A stretch of DNA of 58,950 nt, filler included, from Sphacelaria rigidula (lineage: Eukaryota): assembly GCA_964200075.2 (NCBI GenBank). It is 10 parts of 10 records of this genome, joined end to end, with 100 filler letters (N's around TTAATTAATTAA, not from the genome) between each part and the next. Parts side by side here need not be neighbours in the genome. Positions count along the whole stretch, not along the records: positions 35,431 to 41,235 come from CAXNAA020024334.1; positions 41,336 to 47,140 come from CAXNAA020024335.1; positions 47,241 to 53,045 come from CAXNAA020024336.1; 7 more parts are not named here. One strand, 5' to 3'. The notes beneath the pieces are model-generated. The model had not been told where the DNA came from and ran no database searches. It saw only the letters and a program-made list of their open reading frames with translations. Position numbers and translations under genes: made by a program. Of this stretch, positions 38,101-51,499 are shown piece after piece (position 1 is the first letter of the stretch; each line of letters opens with the position of its first letter).

Positions 38101-38257
38101 GCTGTCCTACGTGTGCTACAGTATCGCACGTGTCAAGTAAACTCTCTACTACAGTCAGTATACTCCACCGACACACAAGTGCAGTGTAAGTACAACGATA
38201 CGGAAGCGGTAAAGACAGTACAATGTACATCTATGGTGCGAGACTAATAAAACACAC

Positions 38258-38575
38258 CTCTGAGGGTACTCGATCCACTCGTCGCTCCCGAACGTACTGC
38301 GGAAGGCCACCACCAGCACTTCCTCGGAATCCACCATAAACCTCGCTGCGACGGCCTTGAAACCCTGCCCTCTCGGCGCAGCCCACGCTTGGTCGACCCT
38401 CAGCCCTAATGCCCTGGCCTTGGAGCACAGGCCCTCCAACTCTATCTCTTTCACTGCAGAGCACAGGCTTCGGCATATTTTACCCTTGGTGTCGAGGTTG
38501 GTTACATTGGCAGACGCCATGGCCTCGTACTCGTCGTGCTGAACGATATCCTGATCAATACCTGTCCAATGCTGT
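38258..38575 (-). CDS. Exon of a lipase class 3-like alpha/beta hydrolase (5' boundary uncertain)
   Basis: EEVLVVAFRSTFGSDEWIEY resembles Lipase_3 'IVVAFRGT....DW'; donor AG|gtgtgt. Confidence 0.6.
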
Positions 38576-39749
38576 CTGCAAGGTTCCTCAGTGTACCGCG
38601 TTAAATTATGATTATCATCTAAAACGACTCTCCTCATAAGTTCAGCAATCCTGATCTGGCTTGGGCGCTCAGTGTGTATTCGTACGAACAAGAATGCTCA
38701 TAGATAATGGATTTCTCCTGACAGTGTGCGCGTGTACAACGCATGTAGTTCTTGGTAAAGTCACCAACTCTGCCGCTACACCTTCAACGTCAAATTCTCA
38801 ATACCACCCCTCTGCCCTCCCGCAAAGCTCGTACGATGGGCGACATGTGAGGCGCCAACCAGAAAAAGGATCGTGGTGGTGGGTAGGGAGGGGCGCGCTC
38901 CGCCGAGCTGCTGGAGGAGGCTCCCCCGGTAGTACTGACGGGCGTCTGAGGAGAATTGGATATGTTGCTGTTGAAGGAGGTTTAGCTGGTAGGATTGGAA
39001 GCAGGGTGCCAGGTAGTGCAGCGGAAAGGGTGGGGAGTGTTGACCGAGACAGACGTGAGGTTCTCGCTGGGAAACTGACAAGGTATATGCAATGTGCCCG
39101 TATGAAAGAGTCCTGATTGCTTAGGTTGCCCTGCTGTCCTCGGAATGGTGAAAATACTGGGGCGCTTGGGGTGTGCTGTTATTTTGAAAATAGTCTATGA
39201 GGCATGGCAACCTACTGTTGGAGAGCCAGCAGCGAACACGTGTCTAGACGCTAGTCAACATGCCTCGGCTACGATAGCTCGCCCGGGATACAGTAGTACA
39301 GTCAAGTGTTTGTTTACCGAGTATACCCCTGCACAGGCGAAGAGAACCTACAGATTGCCGACAATCTCGTGAGCTAAACTGGATTTATGTGCAGCTGTCG
39401 ACTGCACGACCCGTGAGGCAGTTGCTAAAGCTCAAAGCACCTTCGTGTCAAGCAAGCTTTATCAAAGAGTTTCAACGGTCAGCGGTAACTGGTCCGCTCC
39501 GCAATATTGTGATGGTCATGACGGACAGCAACGTTCAATGTTCAACCATATAGGTTTTGATCCGTCCCACTGTCGGCATTCCCCTATTTTTTATTGCGCA
39601 AACAACCGTGAGTGAAGAGAGCACAGTAGTTCCTTGAGTAGCAACGTCACAACTCACCCTGACAAAATGCAGACCCACCATAGCGCGGTCAGTTACCGTC
39701 CCGGCATGACCGCATGGCGGTGGGATCCCGCACGTCACCGGTGCACAAG

Positions 39750-40108
39750 CTGGCTGGGCCAGCCTAGGAGCCGATCTGTAGGCTGGAGGTCCATTCTCAC
39801 CTCAATTTTGAGAGTTGGACTCTCAAATTTGGTATAGAGAATCAAGAGGACATGATGAAAAGAGGTTTGAGGACGTATGGGTATTTTTTTCGTGATTTCA
39901 CTTCGTATGTGTCGAACAAAAAAATCTTGTTCAACACTACTCTCGCGGTCGAAGGGTGAATTCACGAAAAGATATTCGATCGGCATGATCCATTTTCCCA
40001 TCTTGCCCTCGCGATTCTCAACACAAAATGTCAAAGGACAAGTACCAAAACAGGGCTGGTAAATGGCCCGCATAATAATGTTCCGAATCTCGACTGGCCC
40101 AGTCCCTA
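39750..40108. mobile_element. MITE-like element with CTGGGCCAG.C.AG ends; related termini at ~4633-4651, ~29565-29584, ~58403-58422
   Basis: GCTGGGCCAGCCTAG...CGACTGGCCCAG inverted pair; same terminus in four pieces. Confidence 0.5.
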
Positions 40109-40282
40109 AATCGCACGTTCTCACGTCAAGTTTGAGAGTTGAAATTTCAAATTTGGTATGCAGAATCAATAGAGCACAGTAAGAAAATAAGCCTTGGAAC
40201 GTTGACATTTTTTTCATGGATCAAGGACGTTTGAGTAGAAAACTGGACCTTGTTTCCAAGCTTGCTCGACAGAATCAATACC

Positions 40283-40745
40283 CGCAGCGTGCTGCCAACA
40301 GCAGTCGCAATGCAGTAAATATTACTGTTGGTGAACCAAAGTCTTGTGGGGACACACAGGGCTGTACTGTACACGCAAGACGACGTGGTACTGACACGTA
40401 GTATTGCCGTCAATACATACAAAACAGCACTGTCTATGCTGTTGTCCCTGCTGCCCGTACAGTAGAGTACTACTCGCACGAGTGCCGTGCAGCCAACGGT
40501 CTGGACGACTATGCACTCCGCACAGTACCGTAATTTGTAGCGCCGTTCGGATCTATGCATGCAGCGTGCTGCCAGCAGCAGTTGCAATACAGTACAGACT
40601 GTTCATGCGCCCAAGTCTGGTGAAGGCACGACCGTACTGTGCACACAAGACGGCGTAATGCTGATACGGTAGTATTGCAGTCAATACATACAATGCAGCC
40701 CTGTCCGTGCTCTTGTCCGTGCTGTCCGTACAGTCAAGTACCATG
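40283..40745. repeat. Diverged tandem duplication, period ~277 bp
   Basis: GCAGCGTGCTGCCA.CAGCAGT.GCAAT...GTCAATACATACAA twice. Confidence 0.85.
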
Positions 40746-41083
40746 AGCACCTTGCAGCGAACAGGTATAGCCGTCGGTTGTACAGTGAGTAAGTACAGCG
40801 AGGCGGTGCGCGTATTAAGAGTTTTGCATCGTGCAGAGCACCATGTACTGCTCAGTCAACGTTACAGTACAGACAGGATAGTACAGACCGTACATCACGA
40901 CACAACAGCAGAGCACTGTCTCTCTCACGCGCCCCAGGTTTCATTTTTTCCCCCACACGTCCCGTCGAAGACGACGCGTGCGAGACCTGATTTTCTGATT
41001 CTGACAACGTCCGCATAGCATAAAAAGGGGTACTTGAAAAATATGTCAAAAAACGGTTAATCAGGAAACGTTTTTTTTATATA

Positions 41084-41220
41084 AGCGCCCCGGTGGTGTA
41101 ATGATCCGACTGTCGCCATTAGGGTGGAGAGAACGGGGGTTCGATTCCCGACGCGTTGGGTTTTTTTCTTCGTGATGTATGGTTTCCACCGTAGAAAGCG
41201 TGAGAACGTGAGTAAAAAAA
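41084..41220 (+). mobile_element. tRNA-derived SINE
   Basis: A box TGGTGTAATG, B box GGTTCGATTCC, poor acceptor stem; 3' tail ending in an A-run, shared with 32043-32080. Confidence 0.6.
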
Positions 41221-41367
41221 GTAGTCGACTGGGTTNNNNNNNNNNNNNNNNNNNNNNNNNNNNNNNNNNNNNNNNNNNNTTAATTAATTAANNNNNNNNN
41301 NNNNNNNNNNNNNNNNNNNNNNNNNNNNNNNNNNNTAGTCGCTCTCCACTGTTGGACATGGTGTAAG

Positions 41368-41465
41368 AAAAAGTCCCAGATCGCTCCGGGAATCGAACCC
41401 CACTGCGTGTTGCATCTTCACTGACACGAAACACAGGCGAGGCAGTAGACCAAGCCACCCTCTCC
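41368..41465 (-). mobile_element. tRNA-derived SINE-like head
   Basis: Minus-strand GGTTCGATTCCC followed by T-run; weak A box. Confidence 0.4.
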
Positions 41466-41798
41466 TACTTATCGGTTATGTTGTTCGATGGGGTTTGCCT
41501 ACTCCGACACAACCAACCCCAGTCATGTGGCGGTCGGGGGGAGGAAGTAGAGATTCATTGCATCCCACCATTAGCCTCTTGAGTTGAGTATGAGCCAGTG
41601 AACTACGAGGAGACCCGGTAGCTACTCTCGGTCGCTTAAATATAGTGTGGCCCGAGTGCGGGCCGACTGAACTTCAACACCGCATTCGCACTGTTACTTT
41701 TATTACTATTAATAGCGACATGATATTCTGAATAGTTGGAATATTCATTCAAGGACCGATGTGCATGAGGTCTACGCCGTACACACACGCGCGCGCAG

Positions 41799-41930
41799 GT
41801 TTGTAGCGGAGATGACCCCTGGGCGAGACGTGTCAGATTACCGGCGCTTCGAGCAGGCGTTTCTTCGCGGACCCTTTGACGCCGCCAGAAGAGGCAACGC
41901 TGAGATCCTCCGCCTCCTCAGGTCCCACGG
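41799..41930 (+). CDS. Ankyrin-repeat protein exon
   Basis: FVAEMTPGRDVSDYRRFEQAFLRGPFDAARRGNAEILRLLRSHG; cag|..|gtaagt, phase-compatible with next exon. Confidence 0.8.
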
Positions 41931-42941
41931 GTAAGTAGCACCACAAACGAATGCGATTGAATATGATCGCACCGTACTGGAACCTACTCGCTTGGTTCGT
42001 AGTCAAGTCACGTGCAGACATTGATGGAGGTGCTACACAGTCAAGTAGTTTCGCACTCAGTAGGCCAGAGTGATAACACTTTGCGCTTGAGCACGAGCCG
42101 GGGACGGGGTTTTGAGGTCGTCACCACGGTCACTATATGTAGCGAGGCAGTCGCCACGGTGACTGATTGGACAAACATATATGTGGAGGTCGATATGTTG
42201 AATGTGCGGAGTGATTACTTGTATGATACGCAAACCGATGACGAAGCCAATACAGGAGCAGGTTCAACCGTAGAACTGTTTGAGAGACCCGAAACTCTCA
42301 TGTCTGTACCGCCGAGTTTCCGAGACCCTAGGCAACACTTCTCAACGGTGCAAGAGCTCCACAGAACAAGAGCTACCCTTGAGCCCTGAGGAGTCAGACC
42401 TCTAACTGTCCAGCACACAACAGAACACGGACTATTCTGTACCCGGTGCTGGTTTACTCCAAGAGCCTACCCCCCTACTACGGTCAATCCTTGCCTGAGT
42501 AACAAGGAGGAAAATCATGATCTAGCGTTGACGGTTGCTACCGTCCACCGTGGGCCACGCTAGTTTTACACATAGCCTACACGTATATTTTACCCAAGGG
42601 GTTATATTCCGTTCGCCAAACCGTTTTGCTCATCTCGTCTCCTTCCTTGTTTCCCTTTTTTCCTCCTCTTTTTATTTTTGCTCGTGGTTTTGTCGACGTT
42701 GACGTTGATGTTTTTGCTTCTCGGTTTCTGCTCACTCTCTACGATCTTTTTTTCTTCATTTTTCCCGTTCGTCGAGTTTTCCTTGGTGGGTATCTCACTT
42801 TGATTGACCTTCGGTACGCTTGGTGGGTATCTTGTGACCACGGCTGGATGTTTATGGCAGTATACTGTACTGTAGAGGTCTGTTAAGGTGCGACTATCAA
42901 TCGAGCAACCGCCAAACCGTTGAAATGTTTTTACTGTACAG

Positions 42942-43146
42942 CTGGGATTGCTGGGAGACAGATAGACGAAATCGAACGGCGCTATTTTGGGCCGCGGGCG
43001 GGGGACACATAGAGGCTTGCGAGGCGCTAACCGAGGGAGGTAATGGCTTGCGACCGTGCGATCGCGGGGGCGACGGGTCCACCCCATTGCATTGGGCAGC
43101 CGCCGGGGTAGAAGCCACGCGATTTGGAACTGGGGGACACGTTGAG
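42942..43146 (+). CDS. Ankyrin-repeat protein exon
   Basis: DRRNRTALFWAAGGGHIEACEAL...DGSTPLHWAAAG; cag|..|gtatgt. Confidence 0.92.
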
Positions 43147-43600
43147 GTATGTGCTGATTGCTGCTGATTGCTGCTGATTGCTGGTGCCTGTTGTGCTAAA
43201 CGTAGCACGATTCTGCGCACCTGGCGTCCTATTGATGTTCGTTGTCGTTGTGCTATATAAATGCTACGCATCTCGTGTGGGTGATGCGTGTCAACGTCCA
43301 TGGTCGATTGCTCATTCACCACAGGCTCTGCCCTGTACCGTGAGCCGCATCTTGTGCTATGTGTGTACATTGGGTTAGGGTTAGGTTTATGTCGGCCACC
43401 ATGACTCACTCTACTTGTTTCCCGTGACGTATTGCCTATGCTTTGTTTCGGCTGTGCCACGTACCACGTTTGTGCTTCGATCGAGTAGATTGGGGTCTTG
43501 GCTTGGTTGCCTTGGCCCATTTCCGGTTTACCGTGAGCTTGTCCTTGTTTTTGTCCCGGTCATTGTTTTTGTCCTTGTCCACTTTTTGTGCTTTCTGTAG

Positions 43601-43707
43601 GCATGCCAGTGGCTGTTGAGGCGTGGCGCCGACCCGTCAGCTACGACAAGCGAGGGGAACACGGTGGTGATGTGGGCGGCATGGGCAGGGGGCCTTGAAA
43701 CCACGAG
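43601..43707 (+). CDS. Ankyrin-repeat protein exon
   Basis: ACQWLLRRGADPSATTSEGNTVVMWAAWAGGLETT; tag|..|gtactt. Confidence 0.9.
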
Positions 43708-44749
43708 GTACTTGAGCAAACACACACCCAGAGAACAAGAGAGAAGAAAAAGTACCCAGGATGTGACTTATGCAGAGTTTGGTGGGTAAATTGACCGTAA
43801 ATGCCTCAAGCATTCCAAACTTACATAGCGATGCCACGGCGCTTCCACCCGATACGCGTGTCGACAGCCTGGACGTCAATTCAAGAGGTCACGGTGAATT
43901 GAGGAGTTTCCTTTTGTAGGAAGGTTCAGTTGCTGTTCTCTCAAAACTCAGCACGCAAAAGCGTTACTCTCTACTTCTATCCCCCGTGTTTTTCCCATAG
44001 CGACGGATGACTTGATTGATCGTTGCTTTGTCGCATATTTTTCAGCCCGCTATTCCACTAGCCGTGGTGACAGTGTGGGCGTACTCAACGGAAGTAAGCG
44101 GGAACACGCGTTAGAGGAAAGTCTGAAAATAGAAAGGAGGGAGGTGAATCAATAGAAAAAGAGGGAACAGAGTAAGTTCGACTGATATCAAAAGAAGGAG
44201 AAAGGGCAGGAGAGGAGAAGACACGAGTAGAACGGGATAAAAACGTCGGTCTCCGATCTGGTACCAGTCCCGAAAACAGAAAGAATGAGAGAGAAACAAG
44301 ATAAACAAAAGACACGCCTCTGCGACATGGTTTCAGATATGCAGGCCTTACAAAGCCAGAACGAAAGAATCAAGGTAACGCAAGCAGGTTGCGACTCAGC
44401 TGGCTCTAAGAACCGCGCGATTGGGTAGGGATTGTCACGAACGAGCTTTGCAGGAGCAAGGCAACAGTATTCGCAACACGGCGTACGAAAACCAAAGAGT
44501 GACAGAACGGAGAAAGAGAAGAAGAAAAGGAAGGAGAAGGCACAGAAGGGGGGGGAAAAAGAGAGAAGGCGTTATCAAGCGAGAAAAGACGAAAGAGCAA
44601 AAAGGAAGAAATTCTAGAGACGGAGACCGAACATGGGAGCACAGCTAGGGAGTGTTGTTGAAGTTTCAAGACAAGGCAAGGAGCCACTGACGGATACCAT
44701 AACACAGGGATATGTCACTTTTCATGCTACCCCAGCTTACCCCGCTCAT

Positions 44750-46950
44750 CGTTAACCAGGGGTAAAGCGCGTCACTCTCTCGACCATTCCATCCTGGATT
44801 CCTCGCGAGCTGCTGCGGCTGCTGTAATTCCAGCGGTAGTGGCTCCCCTAATGATAATGACCAATCTTAGTGCAACAGCCTTTTCTTGTTATGCTTGTCA
44901 GATTGACAAAGGCCTTTGCATCGCCACGACCTCCGGTGCCATTTGCCCATGTTCTCCGTGACGGTTCCCCCAAACTTACAAGTCTTTGACCGCTCTACCG
45001 TAGACGAACCATCTCTGTCATGCTCTATTGCATCAAAGGCTCCCTAGTGCACGTAGGTCCTCCTGGAGGGAACCCCGCAGAATTTGAAGGGGCGACCGGC
45101 CTCCTTCGGCCCATGTGCGACTAACCGTCCGAATGTGATGCGCTTTAGACGAGGTGTTTCGTCCTGAAGGACAAGGGCTTAAAGGCTCCCGCAAAGCAGA
45201 GTTGATGCTTGCATTTGGTCGTCTCGATACGTTGACAGCTGCTCATTTCGAGCCATATCTGCACGAAAGAGTCTTGTTTCCACCGTAGCCTTTTCTGCGG
45301 CAGCCAATAGATTGCAATGAAAAGGTTGTGGTGGGCATCGCGCAGACTTTCGGGGTCGTGTGGGCGAAGCGCCCGTGTAGTACATCCGTACAGTGTAGGT
45401 TTCACCGCCCCCGCTTCGAGCAACAAGAGTTCTAGAGTAAGCCGGGCGTGGGGCCGATCATAGAGTTGGAAACTGTACTCTCCGAGGCACGCCCGTGCTG
45501 CGCTGATGTGGCGCTTAAGTTTGATAGAAATATTCGCATCTTGGCTGACAGCGCCACCAAGATAGACCAGCTCGACCGTCTGCTTATATCGTTGATTTAC
45601 CGCCTTGATGTGCAGTGCGATTTATGCGGACTTCGGTACTGACCTCAGGCGCGGGGGCTTTATCTCAATCCACAGTACCGTCAGTCCAAACTCCTGGCAA
45701 GCCCCCATCATCACAGCCATCATCCTTGCAAGACCTTCTGGAGACCTTGACGCTATACCAACGTCATCCGCGTACAGAATTCCTCATGTCGCACGCCTCC
45801 CTCTCTCCAGGGGCGATTCCCCGTGAGGTCGCCATTCTCACTTTCTGGCGCATCATCTACATGTATCACCTCTGAGATTATGGCCGGGTCTGCCGCGAAA
45901 TGCTGTCGATCGCATCTGTCAGTCCTGCGCCGAAGGTGTCAGCCAGCAGTAGGGACAAAGCGCACCTTTGCATGAGTCCCTGGCAGATGTCCAACTAGTT
46001 TGGATGTTCGCGATAATGTATAAATAGCTGTACCCACGCTCGCATGCCACCGTGGGAGACATGGATGATGTTAAATATCTGCAGCAGACTCCGGAACAGG
46101 TAGTTACTGGTCACAGGAGCGTGCGGCCTGCGGGCTCGTATGCGTTCTTCTCCAGATCGACCGAGGTCGATGAAGGTCGATGAAGCACATGTTCTGTAGA
46201 ATATTGCTCGTCTGCCCCATCTCCTGTAATCGGCGTACTAGAAACATCACGTTCGTGGCCGATCGTGCGCGCCAGAACGCGAATTGTTCTTCCGCAAAAA
46301 TGCCTTCCTCCTGGCGAACACCACCGAGCCTGTTGGCCGCGGTAACGTTTTCACTTTACAGGCAACTGGTGATGTTTGGTTAACCCTCGCCAAGAGATAC
46401 CGTGTGGATTGTCGCGTCCTCTGCTACACATCATGCAGCAGGCCATGAAACGACTATTAAGCCGCCGTTAATTCCAGAGAAAGTAGGCGATTTGGCAATA
46501 TGCGTATCTGAGTTTCTACTCTCCATGTCTAGCTGACCTCATTCTGCGTGTCGTCCACCTCCTCGACTTGTCTTATCGCCCCAACTCGTGCGTCTGTGCC
46601 GCAATCGCTATGTCTCGACAATATCGGGGGCTGCCACGTTCACCAGTAAGGATGATTCCGTGTGCATGGTACCGAAAGTACAGTACATTACACGTCACTA
46701 GAGATTCACGTCGCCGCTCCCCGGTGAAGCTGATACCTTGATACCTTGATACCTCATCGGCCGGTTTTAAGGAGACTATTGGGTTCAAATCCCGATGACG
46801 ATGGTTGACTGCTGGTTTCGGTCGTGGAAAGCGTGCGGCAATGACTTGACGAAGAATCGACGGAAGCCAATAGGCTGCGGAAACGCTTGATTAAAATATT
46901 TTAGATCAGGCGCTGGAAGAGAGATGGGTTTATCCCTCGCAATTATCCAC
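44750..46950 (-). mobile_element. Decayed non-LTR retrotransposon (RTE-like LINE), RT region; boundaries approximate
   Basis: Minus-strand remnants: ...ARSATNVMFLVRRLQEMG...CFIDL, GLMQRCALSLLL (QG box), LYADDVGI (~45760-45777), YLGGAVSQDANISIKLKRHISAARA, PTLYGCTT; many frameshifts. Confidence 0.88.
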
Positions 46951-49698
46951 TCGACGCGAGAAGATGACAGGGAGAGGGAGGGTGGTACGAGGATGGGGGG
47001 GGGGGGCGTACTCATTGTTGCTTGAAATAGTCGTTTGACGAGACGAGACGAAGTACCGTTCCTACTCCTAATAGAGACACCTCCAACATATCGATGCTCA
47101 TTGCATTTCTTCCATGAGTCATGTTACGAGAGGGCAGGGGNNNNNNNNNNNNNNNNNNNNNNNNNNNNNNNNNNNNNNNNNNNNTTAATTAATTAANNNN
47201 NNNNNNNNNNNNNNNNNNNNNNNNNNNNNNNNNNNNNNNNGGGGGGGGGCGGCGTGGAGGGGGCGTGGGGGGGGGCGAGGGGCGAATTACTGATTAGGGA
47301 CGGCGCATGCGGCGGAAAGGCGACGGAGGGGGGGCTCCCATCATTTTTCCCTGGCTGGCAGTACAAAATCATTTGAAAAGGGACTCCATCAGTCAGATAT
47401 AATGAAACTGTTTGATTGATTGATTGGCTGATACTGTAGTCGCACACTAGCTAATTCCCGAGGAACCCAGCCATAGTCATTATCCACAAGATAGACGTAC
47501 CCGCGATGAACAAAACGGAAACGCTCGCGAAAGACGAAAAAAAAGGGGAGGGAGGGAGCAAAAAGAAGGAACATGCTGACGGAATCAACTGAAAAAAACA
47601 AAAACGGAAAGAGGAAAGAAAGGTAGAGGGAAAGGGGATGACCACACCATGAGAACAGTTCGGATGAAAACTCAAGAATAAAGTGACCGGCCCTTGCAGC
47701 ACGGCTTCAGGTGAAGAGGGCCGTGTGCAAACGCACCCATGCACGAAACAAAACATAAAGACCGTGGTGGGCGCAGATTGCGGCTCAGCTACTGCATTTC
47801 GAACCATACGATCTGGAATGTCTCAGGATATCATGTCTCGTGGTGACCACACGCGTCGCTCCCGCTATTTATTATGATCGCTCCGTTCGTAAAAATGGAC
47901 GTCGTAACTGCTACGTCTGGGTAACCGCTCACCATTGTACACACACACGCACACCGACACGCACACACACACACCAGAAATCGAAACGCAGTCGAGTCTA
48001 ATTGCTGTAGAGAGCAAGCAACAACATTGCTGCTGATACAAGAGCCACAAAAAGCCCCCTACGCTTCAGAAGAGTCATCGCCAAATTTTATCCACCACAC
48101 CACACGGAATGAACTGTTCAAGAATGGATGGATATGTCACCGAAGCAATTGCGGCGAGGACGCCTATTACGCAAAAAAAAACAAAGTTATTTTCCATTAA
48201 CGCCTTTCTAAATGCGTTCGAGGATAACGCACGGGGCACTCATGGACGTGCACTACCATGCTACACACCAATAGTCCACATCACGAGGGACAGCCTGCCT
48301 ACAAACTCGTACGCTTAGCGAGACGATAGAATGAACGAAATCCCCCTGCGAGAAAAAAGTCTGATGGGAAAACGTTTTTCCTAAAAAAAAAGTTTGCAAA
48401 CAACTGCACCAAGTCAAGACGAGAAAGGCACACCAGGAAACCTTCGCGAAACAACCTGTGTCGCACCCCCTGTATGTATCTTGCTTACAAAGAAGCAATG
48501 TATTTGTGTGCAAAATGCAAGGTGAAATATCCCTCGATGTTTGCGTATCAACCTCTACCTGTACAACGACAATGCACGAAGGACGCTCAGCCGAGGGCGT
48601 CTATTGAGACATCGAATCCAAGAAACACAGAAAGGCCGACGAAAAAAGCGCCGTGCGGAAGTCTACAAACAGGCAACAACACATAATAGGTCAACGGTGA
48701 TGAAAACATTGCACTACTTGATCAACCTCGCGTTATCATGTGATTTGCGCAATACAGTCACACATATCAGACATATACAGCGACATGGTCGAAAGAAAAC
48801 TCTAGTCCAAAGGAAACATGGACGCCCTTCTTGCGTTCTGGCGTCTCCTGTATTTATCGGGAATGCATGTAAAGTTGAAGATTCCGTTCTTCAGGATCAA
48901 ATTTCCGTTTTTCAGAATCAAAGTGTCAGATCCACCATCAGGGTTCCACGTATTGCCTANNNNNNNNNNTTCTTGGGTCGAAGGTCGAATCTCGTCCTTG
49001 TCGAAGGTGAACGATGATGGGAAAACATTGCTCTGTCTCATCAAGCTTTCGAAAATGAAAAACGTCGCAGGGTGACGTGGAGCTGAAGGGATTTGTGAAG
49101 CGTACTGTTTTGAGAGTAGGTCTAATTTTCCCGTTTGCACGGGAGCGTTCACACGTAATCTTAGTTAGACATACAGTATAATACAGGCTGTTTCAGATTG
49201 AATACCCGAAACTTATTCCCCGGCTGATGACGAACGCAATACCCAGCCAATATGCACAAATGTGGGATCATACTGACCGCAATGAACAGACAAAAATGTT
49301 GACATAGCCATATTTTTGTTAAAGGCTATAGCGGTGGCGCTATGGACAGAAGTACGTCTCGACCAGTCAGCGCCCTTCATATTGTTCCGAAATTGAAAAC
49401 AGGAATTACAAGCCCAATTTCCACCGAATCTTCACATGGTTCAAATCGTAGTAACCGTCATCAGCCTGGGAATCTAATGGGTGAAACAGAGTTGAAAACG
49501 GTTCCAACGGGGTCGAATTTTGCCCGGAACCATAATGTTATGTTTCGGTGATGTGGAGCTTTGGCGTCGTCTAATTTCCACTCATGATACGTACGAAAGA
49601 CCCACGGAGCCTCGTGACGATTTCCCCTTTATCTGTTGCAGAAAAGCTCAGATCATCCTTAAACTTGGCAGTTCCGTAGGTATCGATGCTCCAAATGG

Positions 49699-50112
49699 TA
49701 GAGCTCGGAAATGATACCAGGTATAACTGGCCATTATCATTATAATGGCGATAATGGTAATGGTACTGTGAAAATTTTGGATAATGGTTTCAAACCATTA
49801 TTTACCGTTACCGGCTTCATAAGCCGTTACCAGCTACGTAGGCTACATACAGCCCTTGAAAATTGGCCCAAATTTCATGTATTTTTTAGCTCTAGCGAAG
49901 CCAAATCACGTCAAAAGGTACCTCCGGCACGGCACCTTCAGCGGGGCCCTCCGGGGGCGCCTCCGGCGGGGCCCTCTGGCGGGGAGGGCTTTTTGGCTCG
50001 CGGCTGCACCGCTCGATGACCAAACCATTATGTACCATTTAACTGGTTAATGAGTGCGCTACGCGTAACCCTTCAACTGGTTAATGGTTAGACAAAGCCT
50101 TTCCGAGCTCTA
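49699..50112. mobile_element. hAT-like MITE
   Basis: TIRs TAGAGCTCGGAAA / TTTCCGAGCTCTA; 8-bp TSD CCAAATGG / ACAAATGG; AATGGT subterminal motifs. Confidence 0.85.
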
Positions 50113-50291
50113 ACAAATGGAAAAATTACACTCTTGGCGAGATTCCAAAGTTTCTCCGTTCTGTACCGGCTTCCGGGGGTCCCAGCATGAAGACCCCCGG
50201 AAACCGGTACAGAATGCCTCAACACCAATATTTGGTTAGTGGTATCCCAAGGAACATGTGTATCAATTCTCGTTGCTCAACTCGAAAAAGT

Positions 50292-50520
50292 CAGGGGTCT
50301 ACACGTTACACGTGCCACAGCGTTACGTTACGCTCACGTTACGTTTCGGCCAAAACGTAACGTGAACGTTTAATTGCCCAAACGTTCAAATCACGTAATA
50401 TGAAACGTTTCATGTGACGTGTAACGTCTATTACACGTGACACGTGCATTAGACGTTACACGTTACCCGTAACGTTATATGTTACGTTACACGTTACATG
50501 AAACGTCATGAACACGTCAC
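50292..50520 (+). mobile_element. hAT-like end CAGGGGTCTACACG followed by ACGT(T)-rich subterminal array; second copy 51612-51885
   Basis: Same 19-bp start in both copies; dense AACGTT/CACGT motifs. Confidence 0.6.
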
Positions 50521-51236
50521 ATGCAGTGGTGAAACTTCAGGTTTGCAATGAATTGTAAAATCGTAAAAGATGGTGTTTCAATAAACACGAGTGAGTTCGA
50601 ATGACCATGGTATAGGTATGGTACTATTGCAGGAATCTCGCGCTCTCCCCACCACACGTCACAATCATAACATCATAATCATCTCGACCACATTCAAGGC
50701 TACTTCTTATGTGCTGAAAAACACGTTGTCAGAAAAGCCGTGTCTCAACAGCGCGATTTTCCACATAATTTTTCGAAGTAGCCTTTCTTACGTAATCAAC
50801 GATTCTGCAACATATCTCGTGTGACCTTTTGAAATGACTGTACTATCTGTGTTGTCGATGACAGCTGTATCACCGACTCCAAAAAAGAGAAGAAGGCTGC
50901 GCCGCGCGATGACAATACTACAAGTGTCAGAGTCGAATTTATAGTAATGGAAAGTAACACTTTCCAAGCGTCATCAGGAATAATTACGACGAATGCTTAT
51001 AGGGTGCTCTTAGCTCGCGTTTCCATATTGCTATTCCTGTTCAATCATATCTACCACCTGGGTGGCGTTTCTAGCCAGTTCCAGTTCCTATGCATGTAGC
51101 CCTTTTGCGCAGCTATCACCGAGTCAATCTGAACCCGATCCGTCGCCCTCACATTCTTGGTGGTCAAGCTGAAGAGACAAAACGGTTCTGCGTACGAGCT
51201 GGTTCAGATTGAACGCCCGAAATTCATTCCCCGGGA

Positions 51237-51499
51237 TTTCCTCACGCGGTTTTTTCGAGTTAGACCACGAAAATTTGCACACATGTTCTTGAGGGCACTA
51301 TCTAAAACTCGAAGACCGTTTTTTTTTGGTGTCGAGATAATCGGGATCTGACCCCTCCCCCGATCAAGTAGGTCAACCGCGACCTTGGATAAAAAGCCAC
51401 CAGCAAAAGAAAAAAAACGGTCTTCGAGTTTTAGATAGTGCCCTCCAGGACATGTGTGCAATTTTTCGTGGTCTAACTCGAAAAAACCGCGTGAGAAAA
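51237..51499. repeat. Inverted repeat, ~90-bp arms, ~80-bp spacer
   Basis: CTCACGCGGTTTTTTCGAGTTAGACCACGAAAA... / ...TTTTCGTGGTCTAACTCGAAAAAACCGCGTGAG; no TSD found. Confidence 0.9.

Larger units (their letters stand above)
36313..38115. mobile_element. hAT-like non-autonomous element with GAGCT-rich internal tandem arrays
   Basis: TIRs CACACGTCGGACAGATCA / TGAGCTGTCCTACGTGTG; perfect 8-bp TSD CTACAGTA (36305-36312, 38116-38123). Confidence 0.85.

Noticed and set aside
41084..41158. Functional tRNA gene
   Set aside because: A/B boxes are present but acceptor and anticodon stems pair poorly, and a repeat tail follows; better read as a SINE
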